Source: a virus
Lineage: Duplodnaviria; Caudoviricetes
Reading direction: 5' to 3' (one strand)
IMG/VR virus record: IMGVR_UViG_3300017700_000931
Span: 160,001-224,000 of that record
DNA: 64,000 bases
A program made the position numbers and the translations under genes. The notes under the pieces were generated by a model. That model had not been told where the DNA came from. It worked only from the letters and a program-made list of their open reading frames with translations, and did no database searches. Below are positions 17,997 through 27,488 of this stretch, one piece after another (the stretch's first letter is position 1; every line of letters starts with the position of its first letter).

Positions 17997-19805
17997 TTAA
18001 ATAGCTGAACAACCACTACATGTTCCATACCTATCACACTCTTCAGCACAATTAGCTTTTAATTCACACCAATTTAAATCACAAATGTGAAATCTAAATT
18101 GAGAAATACTACCAATGAATGTACCTGCAAAATTTTCTTGAATACATAATCCTAAATCATCTGGGTCTTGACCATCAAAAGTCATCGATTCTAATAATCC
18201 TTGAGAACCACCACCTAAGCTGATGTTATAAGGAACACCAACCTGTTTCTTCCAGTGTTCACCATTCGCAATCCCCAATCGTCTAGCAATAAATTCATCG
18301 AATTCAGCAACATGTTTGAGTCTACAATTCACATAAAACATTAATTTACCTTGTCTTGAGCCCTTAGTTTCTAATTCACACTCATCATACGTATCATTAG
18401 CTACAAATCTAACTGAAATGTTAGTCCAAACATTATCACTCACCATACCACTTGCTGAAAACGATTCTTCAATAGAACAACCGGACACATAAGTATCACC
18501 TGAGCATACACCACTAACCGTCAAAAGTCGGTAACCAATACTACCATCATCTTTAATAATGAAAGCCATTGCATTATCAACAACATCAAGTCGCCAATCT
18601 AATTCGGTTACTTCTACAGAATCACCAGAATAATTACATGCTAAAGTTGGTGTCGATGCTGTATCACCACAAGGAGAACAACCTCTACCGTTTGCTCTAT
18701 GATAAATTAGGAATGGATTTCTAAAATCAGTTTGTACCATTTGTGTACTAGTAACAAAAATACTATTACCAGTAAAACTGCAAGTGGTATATCTACCAAA
18801 TCTGTCTCCAACGGTATTACAAATAGTATCACATTCGAATGTTGATGCTGATGTCACACCAGTTGTACAACCAGTATTTATGTTAGTATTTCCTGTAGAA
18901 CCACAAGGTTGACAAGATGAATCTCTCGCCCTACCATAAATTAAAAATTGATTAGTAATTTCAGTAATGGTTATTAATGGTGGATTTAGTGGAAATGGTA
19001 ATCCACTCACATCATCCCAGATACAAAGGTCAATTTCTTTTGGAATCGTACACCATTCAGTTGCACCGGATGTGCATGCTGATGTACTACCAGTATTCAA
19101 CCCTTCAAACTGATTCCAGAATTTATTCTCAGCCCTAGTCCCTAAATAAAAAAATATTCCTTTATTTTCTGGATACAAATCATTCAGAGTAGTCCCAGTT
19201 GTTCCACTACAAATATCATCTGACTTATTTAACCAAAATTCAGCAACCCAAGCCTTCGGTACTCTATTCGGTAATACCTCATAAGAATTACCATCTAATT
19301 TATAAAATCCTTGGTAAAAACCACCACATAAATTCATGTAATCACCAACGGCACCAGAAAAAGAAACATGCTCCATTGGATAAACATAATTTCCTGTCAT
19401 ACCAGTTACTCGATTTAAAATTAGTCTTGTATCTCCAGATACAATTACAAGTGTTGAGCCAGTTAATGCAGATAATAGTGCTTGATTAGTTGTATCACCA
19501 GATAATTTATTATAAGTGATTAATCCATTATCAATACCTGTTAAACCAATGGTATTTAATGTGTAACCAGTATTTGTTGCACCAGTCCATGATGTTAGGC
19601 TATAAATGGTATCTGCTGATGTAGAGCCGCTAGAATATATATCACCATCATTAAAATCATAATGCACTACAAGACAATCAGCAACCAAGCCAGTATTTTG
19701 TGCTGAACAAGATTCATCTTTCCCTAAATAAAAATCATAGTATTCACTATCACTCAATCTAAGCTCTAATTTTTTTGCATTAAAATTTAAAATATTACCA
19801 GCCAT
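17997..19805 (-). CDS. Cys-rich virion protein with LamG/concanavalin-like elements
   Basis: WVAEFWL, WTNISVRF, KLMFYVN and FIGSISQFRF segments typical of LamG folds; 27 Cys counted. Confidence 0.5.
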   Translation of the reverse strand: MAGNILNFNAKKLELRLSDSEYYDFYLGKDESCSAQNTGLVADCLVVHYDFNDGDIYSSGSTSADTIYSLTSWTGATNTGYTLNTIGLTGIDNGLITYNKLSGDTTNQALLSALTGSTLVIVSGDTRLILNRVTGMTGNYVYPMEHVSFSGAVGDYMNLCGGFYQGFYKLDGNSYEVLPNRVPKAWVAEFWLNKSDDICSGTTGTTLNDLYPENKGIFFYLGTRAENKFWNQFEGLNTGSTSACTSGATEWCTIPKEIDLCIWDDVSGLPFPLNPPLITITEITNQFLIYGRARDSSCQPCGSTGNTNINTGCTTGVTSASTFECDTICNTVGDRFGRYTTCSFTGNSIFVTSTQMVQTDFRNPFLIYHRANGRGCSPCGDTASTPTLACNYSGDSVEVTELDWRLDVVDNAMAFIIKDDGSIGYRLLTVSGVCSGDTYVSGCSIEESFSASGMVSDNVWTNISVRFVANDTYDECELETKGSRQGKLMFYVNCRLKHVAEFDEFIARRLGIANGEHWKKQVGVPYNISLGGGSQGLLESMTFDGQDPDDLGLCIQENFAGTFIGSISQFRFHICDLNWCELKANCAEECDRYGTCSGCSAI

Positions 19806-19809
19806 TTAA

Positions 19810-21930
19810 TTAAAATTTTTCTAGACCAGTCCTTCTCCAACCAGTATTTGTTTTTATGTAAACATAATCATCATCCCAAACAACATCTCCAACTAATCCA
19901 ATTTTATCGCTAGAAGAAATTGGTGAAAATTCAGGTAGTGTTAATTGACTCGTAGTCAAAGAAGGTCCGACAACCCATCTACCATTTTCATCTATCTTAA
20001 TGAAAGAATCAGTATTATTGTTGACACCATTTTTTACTGAAATACCACCACCGACAGATGTTTCATGAGTACCACCAAAATTCAATTCAATAGTATTATC
20101 TTCAGCTGCAATCGTTTGTGTTTCTAATACTGTATTTGTAATAATAACATCACCAGAACTCAGCTCTTTAATAGCTTCAACTAACCATGGGATTATTTCA
20201 GTATAACTAAGATTTAACATACCATCACCCTTAGACCTAAATTTAACGATTTCTGGTATTATTTTTTGTACTTCTTGGGCGATAAATCCATATCTAAGAC
20301 CAGAACCCATATTTGATTCTTCGGTATATTCAAATGAAACACCCCTAATATTCTTAATAGATTCTAATGCATTTGACAATCCATTAATATTTTTCTTAAG
20401 TCTAGCATCAGAAGTACCAGCAACAATTTTTCCATTAACATCGGTCGCAATTGGGTCTGTTGATGTCAAGCCATCAATAATTAAATCTGGAACATATACC
20501 ATATTACTAAAAGCTCCAGTAAAACCAACACCACCAATAATCACAGTATCACTAAGTCCAGAATTAATTGTTGAACCAGAACTACCGATTATTACATTTC
20601 TAGAACCAGCATTAATTAAGTTGGTGTCACCACCAACTATAGCCGAACTAGATGAACCAAGAATCGTATTTGAAGAACCACCAATTAGTGATGCTGATGC
20701 ACCACTTATGAATCCACTATCAGAACCCCCGATAAATGAACCAGAAGAATCACCAGCACCATCATTAATCAAATTACTACTACCACCAACAATAATTGAT
20801 GTGTTAGAATCAATAGCATTATTATCACCACCAATAATAAATGATTTTGACCCACCAGATAAAACATGGTCAAAACCACCAATAATACCACTATATGTTG
20901 TTGACCCACTAATAATATTAAACGACCCGCCTAGTAAAATAGAATGGGTCGAACCAGATGCAATCAAAAAATCAGAACCACCTAAAATTGCAGAATAATT
21001 AGCATTAGCTTCTGAATCCATAAATGTTGAAGAAGAATGATTAAATGCTGCAATACCTTTAGCTTTTGTATAATAAGGTGAAACTGACTTACCACCAGAA
21101 AATGTAGCTGCACCTAAAGCTTGTGTTCTGGTACCAATTGCTGTTGCGGTATCACCAGTAGCTAAGGTAGCACCACCAAATGATGTAGAATATCTACCAC
21201 TACTAGTAGTTCCACTACCCCATGCGACTGAATATAAATTACTAGCTGTAGAACCATGATTTTTAGCTGAAATGGCATTAGTACCAGTACCTGCTGACCA
21301 TAATGTAGTACCGCCAGTAATGCCTGACACAGGAGCATAATAAACATCACCATCATTATTTAATGCAGTTAAAACGTATCCTGTTTGTGCTCCATTGGTA
21401 ACAATCAAACGATTAGTTTTATGTATTCCTTTGACTTCTGACCAAATAGTTCTACCAGTAAAATCTAAAGTACCTGCACTAAGATAAAAAACATCATCCG
21501 AAACAACTGAACCAGTAAATATACCCGGAGAAGTTTCAGTAATTGCTGTTACAATTATATCAAATGTAATTCCAGTATAATTTAGATATGACACATTACC
21601 ATCAAGTGTTTGTGAATTATCACCTACCCAAACATAACCACTATTTTGTGTTATTGCACTAGTCGAATCTGTAATAGCTGAAAAAACATTTTGAGCTATA
21701 TTCATACTAGGGTGACCAAATGTGAATACCGTTGTACCAGTATTTCCAGAAAAATTACTAACGATATTGATAATAGTACTGGTTGTTGCTGAAGTAGTTG
21801 AATCAGGTCCAGATGTTAGAGCACTAAAAGGTACACCAAACTCAGTAATACCACCTAAATTATGGTATTCTCTCTCCGGTAGACGATGTTGTCTATTATC
21901 TTGAAAGTTAATTTTTGTGGTAAAAGGCAT
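19810..21930 (-). CDS. Tail fibre with Gly-rich repeats and peptidase S74 chaperone domain
   Basis: SDARLKKNI...GFIAQEV...Y.EIIP.LVEAIKEL (S74); [ST]xI[LI]GG repeats; C-term WDDDYVYIKTNTGW.R. Confidence 0.8.
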   Translation of the reverse strand: MPFTTKINFQDNRQHRLPEREYHNLGGITEFGVPFSALTSGPDSTTSATTSTIINIVSNFSGNTGTTVFTFGHPSMNIAQNVFSAITDSTSAITQNSGYVWVGDNSQTLDGNVSYLNYTGITFDIIVTAITETSPGIFTGSVVSDDVFYLSAGTLDFTGRTIWSEVKGIHKTNRLIVTNGAQTGYVLTALNNDGDVYYAPVSGITGGTTLWSAGTGTNAISAKNHGSTASNLYSVAWGSGTTSSGRYSTSFGGATLATGDTATAIGTRTQALGAATFSGGKSVSPYYTKAKGIAAFNHSSSTFMDSEANANYSAILGGSDFLIASGSTHSILLGGSFNIISGSTTYSGIIGGFDHVLSGGSKSFIIGGDNNAIDSNTSIIVGGSSNLINDGAGDSSGSFIGGSDSGFISGASASLIGGSSNTILGSSSSAIVGGDTNLINAGSRNVIIGSSGSTINSGLSDTVIIGGVGFTGAFSNMVYVPDLIIDGLTSTDPIATDVNGKIVAGTSDARLKKNINGLSNALESIKNIRGVSFEYTEESNMGSGLRYGFIAQEVQKIIPEIVKFRSKGDGMLNLSYTEIIPWLVEAIKELSSGDVIITNTVLETQTIAAEDNTIELNFGGTHETSVGGGISVKNGVNNNTDSFIKIDENGRWVVGPSLTTSQLTLPEFSPISSSDKIGLVGDVVWDDDYVYIKTNTGWRRTGLEKF
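20520..21000 (-). repeat. Degenerate Gly-Gly peptide repeats in the second fibre
   Basis: SILLGGSFN / SFIIGGDNN / SIIVGGSSN / SAIVGGDTN; boundaries approximate. Confidence 0.7.
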
Positions 21931-21945
21931 AATTTGTGTTTTTTA

Positions 21946-21952
21946 ATAAATA
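21946..21952 (-). promoter_or_regulatory. Putative late promoter TATTTAT
   Basis: 15 nt upstream of ATG 21930. Confidence 0.55.
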
Positions 21953-21967
21953 TTGCAAACTCAGGTA

Positions 21968-21974
21968 TATTTAT
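21968..21974 (+). promoter_or_regulatory. Putative late promoter TATTTAT
   Basis: 15 nt upstream of ATG 21990 (divergent from the previous site). Confidence 0.55.
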
Positions 21975-21989
21975 AGTAAAGTAATATTT

Positions 21990-22565
21990 ATGGCTACGAT
22001 TAAAAAAAAGGATTTAAATAAGTACAAGGCGAAATCACCTAAACCAAAAAAAATTGATTTGGATGAATTAGTAGATGCTGATGGTTCACCTATTGAAGGC
22101 GACCGTAATCCGGTTAATAATAGTGAAATTGAAACGGCTCCACAACAGACAACTGATGATTTTGCTAATTCTGCCATTCAACCAAATCGTTATTTTTATG
22201 GGTTGGGTGGAACTGCTTATAGTCATGGGCAACATATACAAGCCGAATCGGAAAAAAATAGAGTTGCTGAGGAGAAAATGAAAAAAATCATTGAGGACCT
22301 TACAAATAAATCCGGTGACCGTGAAATGGTTAAACGATATAAGGATAATGATGTGAATAGAAATGAAATTCCTGATTTAGAAGAATTATCAACAAAATAT
22401 CAAAAACCCATCGTTGCTAAAAAAGCACAAGAACTTTTAAAAACATTTGAAATGAACCAGTTAACTGGTGAAGAAATTGGGATTGTAATTAATTATATTT
22501 TAACCAATATTAATATAGCTGATATCCCGATGGATTACAAATCATTATTAAGAAAAAGTATCTAA
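21990..22565 (+). CDS. Hypothetical protein
   Basis: ORF; start reassigned to ATG 21990 (MATIKKK) by promoter spacing. Confidence 0.6.
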   Translation: MATIKKKDLNKYKAKSPKPKKIDLDELVDADGSPIEGDRNPVNNSEIETAPQQTTDDFANSAIQPNRYFYGLGGTAYSHGQHIQAESEKNRVAEEKMKKIIEDLTNKSGDREMVKRYKDNDVNRNEIPDLEELSTKYQKPIVAKKAQELLKTFEMNQLTGEEIGIVINYILTNINIADIPMDYKSLLRKSI

Positions 22566-23020
22566 TGCCAAATTTAGATTTAAAAAAACAAGAATTTAAA
22601 GTTAACGATAGTTTAGTTAAAGATTACTTTGGTGGTAATACTAGTGTTTCCTATGAGTATATGAATAAAGTCAAATCAGAATTAACAAATAAATCTGATA
22701 AGAATCCTAACGATATCAAAGCATTAAAGTGGCTTGAAAAAACACTTAAAACCAAAATAGATGCTGTTGACGCACCAAAGCGAATAATTATGCAAACTGA
22801 TGGTCAGGGTGGTAAAGCTGGAGGTAATGCTTATAAAGACACTCACCAAAAGGATAAAGCAAACGCTGACCCAACAAGGGTCAGAATGCCTAAAATCCAT
22901 AAGGGTAAAGTTAGTCGACAAATAATGACAAATAAAGTACAATATGAATCAGTATCTGATGAAATAACTGAAATCAACTATTTAATAGAGTACATGAATA
23001 ACAACAAAAAACAATTATAA
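22565..23020 (+). CDS. Hypothetical protein
   Basis: ORF overlapping the previous stop (TAATG). Confidence 0.6.
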   Translation: MPNLDLKKQEFKVNDSLVKDYFGGNTSVSYEYMNKVKSELTNKSDKNPNDIKALKWLEKTLKTKIDAVDAPKRIIMQTDGQGGKAGGNAYKDTHQKDKANADPTRVRMPKIHKGKVSRQIMTNKVQYESVSDEITEINYLIEYMNNNKKQL

Positions 23021-23022
23021 TT

Positions 23023-23340
23023 ATGGCAAGTAATAAATTAGAAGAAGCGGCACTACAACAAAGAAGTGCGTTAATCCCATTAAACACTTATAACCATGCA
23101 TCACCAAATAATGAGTACTCTGGACAACATCCAAATGCTTTAGGTGATGGGGACAAAAAAGGAAAAGGAACTGGTATCTTTTTGGATATCTTTAACGGTG
23201 GTGGTGATTATGATATCAATGGTAATCCAAATGTTGCTGGTTCTGGTAGAATCAAAAACATAGCTATTAATCAATACAATGGTGATAATGGTTATCAACA
23301 CCCAGATACATCTGGAAATGTTGGTCAAGTAGTAATATAA
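23023..23340 (+). CDS. Hypothetical Gly/Asn-rich protein
   Basis: ORF with internal duplication (NTYN..NEY..QHP / NQYN.DNGYQHP). Confidence 0.55.
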   Translation: MASNKLEEAALQQRSALIPLNTYNHASPNNEYSGQHPNALGDGDKKGKGTGIFLDIFNGGGDYDINGNPNVAGSGRIKNIAINQYNGDNGYQHPDTSGNVGQVVI

Positions 23341-23348
23341 TTTTATAA

Positions 23349-23732
23349 GTGAAGCTTTACAAAATATATAAAGAGCTTATAATGGAAAACACAGCACGTA
23401 ACTCCATTATTGATGCAATCGATAAACATTATCGTGTGTCAATATACTATATGGGTGATGACAATACTGCGGCTGGTAAGAGAACTATTGAAGTTTATGC
23501 TTATGGAATGTCCATAGGCGGAAACCAAGTAATAAGAGCTTATCAAATTTTTGGTGATACCAAAACTATTATTCCGCAATGGAAATTATTTAGGGTTGAT
23601 AGAATTTCAAGATGGGAACCACAAAACTTTACGTTTTATAAACCCATTTCAGAAAGGGACCCAACGATTCCAAAGTATAATCCAAATGGTGACGGTAGTA
23701 TGGTAGGTACTGTTTATAATGCAAAATTTTAA
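23349..23732 (+). CDS. Stand-alone WYL-domain protein
   Basis: V.I.Y......G.RTIEVY......RAY.......WKLFRVDRI WYL signature; GTG start. Confidence 0.75.
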   Translation: MKLYKIYKELIMENTARNSIIDAIDKHYRVSIYYMGDDNTAAGKRTIEVYAYGMSIGGNQVIRAYQIFGDTKTIIPQWKLFRVDRISRWEPQNFTFYKPISERDPTIPKYNPNGDGSMVGTVYNAKF

Positions 23733-23743
23733 AAACAAATGTT

Positions 23744-24349
23744 ATGAATAATCCAGCACCAGTAGATGCAAGTAGACTTAAGGGTATGTTAAAAGGAGCC
23801 AAAGCTCTTATGGATAAGGTAGAAACAGGAAATTATCAAACAGGTAATGTAAATATTGATACTTCAATCACCGGAGACCAATTAGTCGAATCAGTACATG
23901 GAAACCAAGGTATGGGTGGAGAAAATACCACAAATGTAGCACCAAAAATTGTTGGTGGCCAACCTATTTATAAAAACTTAGAAACATCTAGAATGCCTAA
24001 GAGTATAAAAGAAGCCATGCTTAAACAGCCGATACCACAAATGTCAATGGCTAATAATACATTTACATTGGATGATGTTAGTGATTTGATTGAAAAACCA
24101 TTACCTAGAACTACACCAGTAACAAAACGACCACAAATTTTAGAAACACGCCAACCAATTTCACAAGTTAACGACACTTTTACGGTTAGTGAAACTGCGT
24201 TAAGAGGAATCATTCAAGATGTTGTTAACAAACAATTACTAGAATTCATGAGCGAAACTTTTGCCAAAAAATTGACTGAAGAAGCAATCAAAAAAACAAT
24301 TAATACTCTTATAAAAGAGGGAAAGATATCAACCAAGAAAAGGGTTTAA
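23744..24349 (+). CDS. Hypothetical protein
   Basis: 201-aa ORF ending before a terminator. Confidence 0.6.
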   Translation: MNNPAPVDASRLKGMLKGAKALMDKVETGNYQTGNVNIDTSITGDQLVESVHGNQGMGGENTTNVAPKIVGGQPIYKNLETSRMPKSIKEAMLKQPIPQMSMANNTFTLDDVSDLIEKPLPRTTPVTKRPQILETRQPISQVNDTFTVSETALRGIIQDVVNKQLLEFMSETFAKKLTEEAIKKTINTLIKEGKISTKKRV

Positions 24350-24374
24350 TACTTAATCTAACTAACAGAATTTG

Positions 24375-24405
24375 AAAAGGTCCACATATTATGTGGACCT
24401 TTTTT
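24375..24405 (+). terminator. Intrinsic terminator
   Basis: aaaaggtccacat-att-atgtggacctttttt. Confidence 0.8.
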
Positions 24406-24406
24406 A

Positions 24407-24434
24407 TTTACTAATAATTTTAAAGCATTATAAT
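24407..24434 (+). promoter_or_regulatory. Possible sigma70-type promoter of the glycan/nucleotide operon
   Basis: TTTACT-16 nt-TATAAT(24429-24434). Confidence 0.4.
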
Positions 24435-24453
24435 TAAACCAAAAAGTTTTATT

Positions 24454-25698
24454 ATGAGCAAAATTAAAGTTTTAGTAGTACCATCAGACCGAACAGGTGT
24501 AAGTTTTTTTAGAAGTACCAAACCACACATTTATTTGGAACAAATGTATCCAGAAGAATTTCATATTGATATTGAGTATTCTCCACAATTGAATAATGAT
24601 GAATGGTTAAAGCAGTATGATATTATTCATTATCATAGAACCCTTGGTCCATACGAAGAAATGGCTAAGCTAAATGAAAGATTGAAAAATCTAGGTATTG
24701 TGAGTATTATGGATTTAGATGATTATTGGTCTCCGGGCCAACATCACCCAGCATATTTAATAATCAAAAATAATAAAATATCTGATAAGATTATCAGCAA
24801 TTTAAAAACTGCTGAGTATGTTACAACAACCACTGATATTTTTGCTAAAGAAATATCAAAATTCAATAAGAATGTTTCAGTATTTCCGAATGGAATCGAC
24901 CCGAATGAAAAACAATTCATTCCAAACCCAGAGGCTTCAGAAAGAATTAGAATTGGTTGGCTAGGTGGGTCATCTCACTTAAAAGATTTAGAACTATTGA
25001 ACGGGCTTGTTAGTAAGCTTAAAGGTGATGGGTTGATTGATAAAATTCAATTTGTACTTTGTGGTTTTGACCTTAGAGGTAAAGTAACAATGCTTAATGA
25101 AAAAACTGGTGAACAAACCAGTAGAGATATCTTACCAAAAGAAAGTGTTTGGTATAAATACGAACAAATTTTTACCAACAACTATACTACTGTTAGCCCT
25201 GAATACAAAGAACACTTACTTAGATTTACTAAAGAAGAATTCGAGGGTATTCAAAATGAACCATATAGAAGGGTTTGGACTAAACCTATCAGCAGCTATG
25301 CTTCAAATTATAATTTATTTGATATTTCTTTGGCACCGCTTGAAGAGAATGTTTTTAATAAAATGAAAAGTCAATTAAAAATAATTGAAGCCGGATTCCA
25401 TAAGAAGGCAGTGATTGCCCAAGATTTTGGTCCGTATCAAATTGATATGATTAATGCCTACCAGAAGGCTACTGGTAAGAATGAAGAACCAAAATTCAAT
25501 GAAAATGCTAATGGTTACTTAGTTGAATCAGCTAAGAATCATAAACAATGGTATCAATATTTGAAAAAATTGATACAAAATCCTGAGCAAATTAAATTGT
25601 TAAGTGATAATCTTCATAAGACTATCTCTCAAACATATTCGCTTAAAAAAATTAGTGAAGATAGAAGAAATTTCTATCAATCACTTGTGAAGAAATAA
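24454..25698 (+). CDS. GT-B (GT4-like) glycosyltransferase
   Basis: IMDLDDYW, PNGID, RIGWLGGSSHLKDL, DISLAPLEEN.FN.MKS.LKIIEAG. Confidence 0.8.
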   Translation: MSKIKVLVVPSDRTGVSFFRSTKPHIYLEQMYPEEFHIDIEYSPQLNNDEWLKQYDIIHYHRTLGPYEEMAKLNERLKNLGIVSIMDLDDYWSPGQHHPAYLIIKNNKISDKIISNLKTAEYVTTTTDIFAKEISKFNKNVSVFPNGIDPNEKQFIPNPEASERIRIGWLGGSSHLKDLELLNGLVSKLKGDGLIDKIQFVLCGFDLRGKVTMLNEKTGEQTSRDILPKESVWYKYEQIFTNNYTTVSPEYKEHLLRFTKEEFEGIQNEPYRRVWTKPISSYASNYNLFDISLAPLEENVFNKMKSQLKIIEAGFHKKAVIAQDFGPYQIDMINAYQKATGKNEEPKFNENANGYLVESAKNHKQWYQYLKKLIQNPEQIKLLSDNLHKTISQTYSLKKISEDRRNFYQSLVKK

Positions 25699-25723
25699 AA
25701 AATTGTGTAATTTCGTAAAAGTA

Positions 25724-26164
25724 ATGAAAAAATTGTTTATTAATATTGGTGCGTGGTTTAAAAAAATCTTTAATTGGAAAACCAAGGAAGTAGTCAATAC
25801 TAAAATTGAAGTTGAGGTTAAAGTTAAAGAAAAATCTCGTGAAGAATTGTTATTTGATGAACTAAAAAGAAGAGATTTTTTTAAGGGTTCTATTACCAGA
25901 AAACAACTAAATGAAGATTTAGCCAAAAGTGCTAAAAAGCTTAATGATTATAGGGATTCGCAGAATGCGATTAAAGGGTTTAATAAACCTAGTCCAGCTT
26001 TAAAAGGAAAGCTTAATGGTGAAATGGCTAAAGATATAACCACAATTAAGAGACAAGAAATCAGAACTAATAAAAGGGATGAAAACAAATCAACAACACA
26101 CTCAGATTATAATCTAGATGTTGATATCGATACATTTGGCCTTTTGAATAACGATAATGATTAA
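25724..26164 (+). CDS. Hypothetical protein
   Basis: Lys-rich ORF; start moved to MKKLF. Confidence 0.5.
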   Translation: MKKLFINIGAWFKKIFNWKTKEVVNTKIEVEVKVKEKSREELLFDELKRRDFFKGSITRKQLNEDLAKSAKKLNDYRDSQNAIKGFNKPSPALKGKLNGEMAKDITTIKRQEIRTNKRDENKSTTHSDYNLDVDIDTFGLLNNDND

Positions 26165-26173
26165 ATTTACACA

Positions 26174-26734
26174 ATGTCTATTACAAAAGAACAAGCAATT
26201 AAAAATGCTAAAAAGTATTTCTCCACCGGAGAAAAATACGGTTTCATGACCGAAAAATTACAAAATTTATTGGGGGTCGAATTTATTGGTGCACCAGCAT
26301 CAACTAGAACTGATTTACATAATGCCTATGAGGGTGGATTAATTGAGCATTTATTGTTAGTAACAAAATATGCAGTATCTTTAAATGGAATTTTACCAGA
26401 AGCATTACAAGTTGATATGAATTCCTTAGTTAAGGTTTGTTGTCTACACCAAATTGGTAAAGCAAAACAATATGTGCCGAAGGTTTCAAAATGGCACAAT
26501 GACCAAGGAATTATGTATGACTTTAATGATAACCAAATCTCTATGAGAGTAGGAGAAAGGTCAGCATTTTATGCTTTAGATTGTGGTGTCACTCTAACTG
26601 AAGATGAATTTCAAGCTATTGTTAATCATGATAAAGGTGATGAAGACAAACAATCTAAATGGCATTCAAATCCATTAGCTATTATTCTTAAACAAGCTAA
26701 TGAATTAGCTATCATGGAAGAAAAAAGCAAATAA
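26174..26734 (+). CDS. HD-superfamily (YhaM-like) protein with HD changed to HQ
   Basis: APAS...[11 protein letters not shown]...LHQIGK...IVNHD...ANELA. Confidence 0.65.
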   Translation: MSITKEQAIKNAKKYFSTGEKYGFMTEKLQNLLGVEFIGAPASTRTDLHNAYEGGLIEHLLLVTKYAVSLNGILPEALQVDMNSLVKVCCLHQIGKAKQYVPKVSKWHNDQGIMYDFNDNQISMRVGERSAFYALDCGVTLTEDEFQAIVNHDKGDEDKQSKWHSNPLAIILKQANELAIMEEKSK

Positions 26735-27312
26735 TGGCATCAGAAACTGAAAATCGTTTAAGGGATAAATTGTTTGAAGCCTTAGACCCAAACAACTCAT
26801 ATAGTTATGATGACTTTACAGAAGAATTTGGGTCTTTGAAAATGGAAAATTCAAATTTCATGAAAATACAGATAAAATTCACAAATAAATCTAAGAATGA
26901 AGACCCAAATTATGCAACTGATGGTGCATCTGGTTTTGACTTGAGAGCAAATTTAGATTCCCCACTAACACTTCCAGTTGGTGGTAGGGCATTAGTTCCT
27001 ACTGGTTTATTTTTTGAGTTACCACCAAATTTTGAAATACAAGTAAGACCTAGAAGTGGCTTAGCTTTAAAAAAAGGTGTTACTGTATTAAATTCCCCCG
27101 GAACTGTTGATGCAGATTATAGGGGTGAAATTGGTGTAGTATTGATTAATCATGGACAAGAACCATTTGTAATTGAAAATGGTGAAAGAATTGCACAAGC
27201 AGTTATCTCCACAGTCATATCCAAAAATGTTATTAATCTTAATAGGGTTGATGAAATATCAACTGACACAACAAGAGGTGATGGTGGTTTTGGTTCAACA
27301 GGTATAAAATAA
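26734..27312 (+). CDS. dut: Trimeric dUTPase
   Basis: [42 protein letters not shown]. Confidence 0.95.
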   Translation: MASETENRLRDKLFEALDPNNSYSYDDFTEEFGSLKMENSNFMKIQIKFTNKSKNEDPNYATDGASGFDLRANLDSPLTLPVGGRALVPTGLFFELPPNFEIQVRPRSGLALKKGVTVLNSPGTVDADYRGEIGVVLINHGQEPFVIENGERIAQAVISTVISKNVINLNRVDEISTDTTRGDGGFGSTGIK

Positions 27313-27316
27313 AATT

Positions 27317-27481
27317 ATGGAAACATCAATTCATTTATTAAGTCAATCTCAACCAATTGTTTATACTAATGTAAAAAATTGTTATACAAAAGATGGGATG
27401 TATTGTGTTTATCAAAATGATGGTAAAGTAATCAAGTACCCAATGGTCAATATATTCAGAGTAGAAGAATCATACAAATAA
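27317..27481 (+). CDS. Small hypothetical protein (54 aa), not in the ORF track
   Basis: METSIHLLSQSQPIVYTNVKNCYTKDGMYCVYQNDGKVIKYPMVNIFRVEESYK; exactly fills the gap between dut and the IMPDH-like gene. Confidence 0.6.
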   Translation: METSIHLLSQSQPIVYTNVKNCYTKDGMYCVYQNDGKVIKYPMVNIFRVEESYK

Positions 27482-27488
27482 AAAAATT

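Noticed and set aside
13028-21930. Diversity-generating retroelement acting on the fibres
   Set aside because: No reverse transcriptase, and no template/variable repeat pair differing at adenines. The shared C-terminal DNA match is short and not A-biased.
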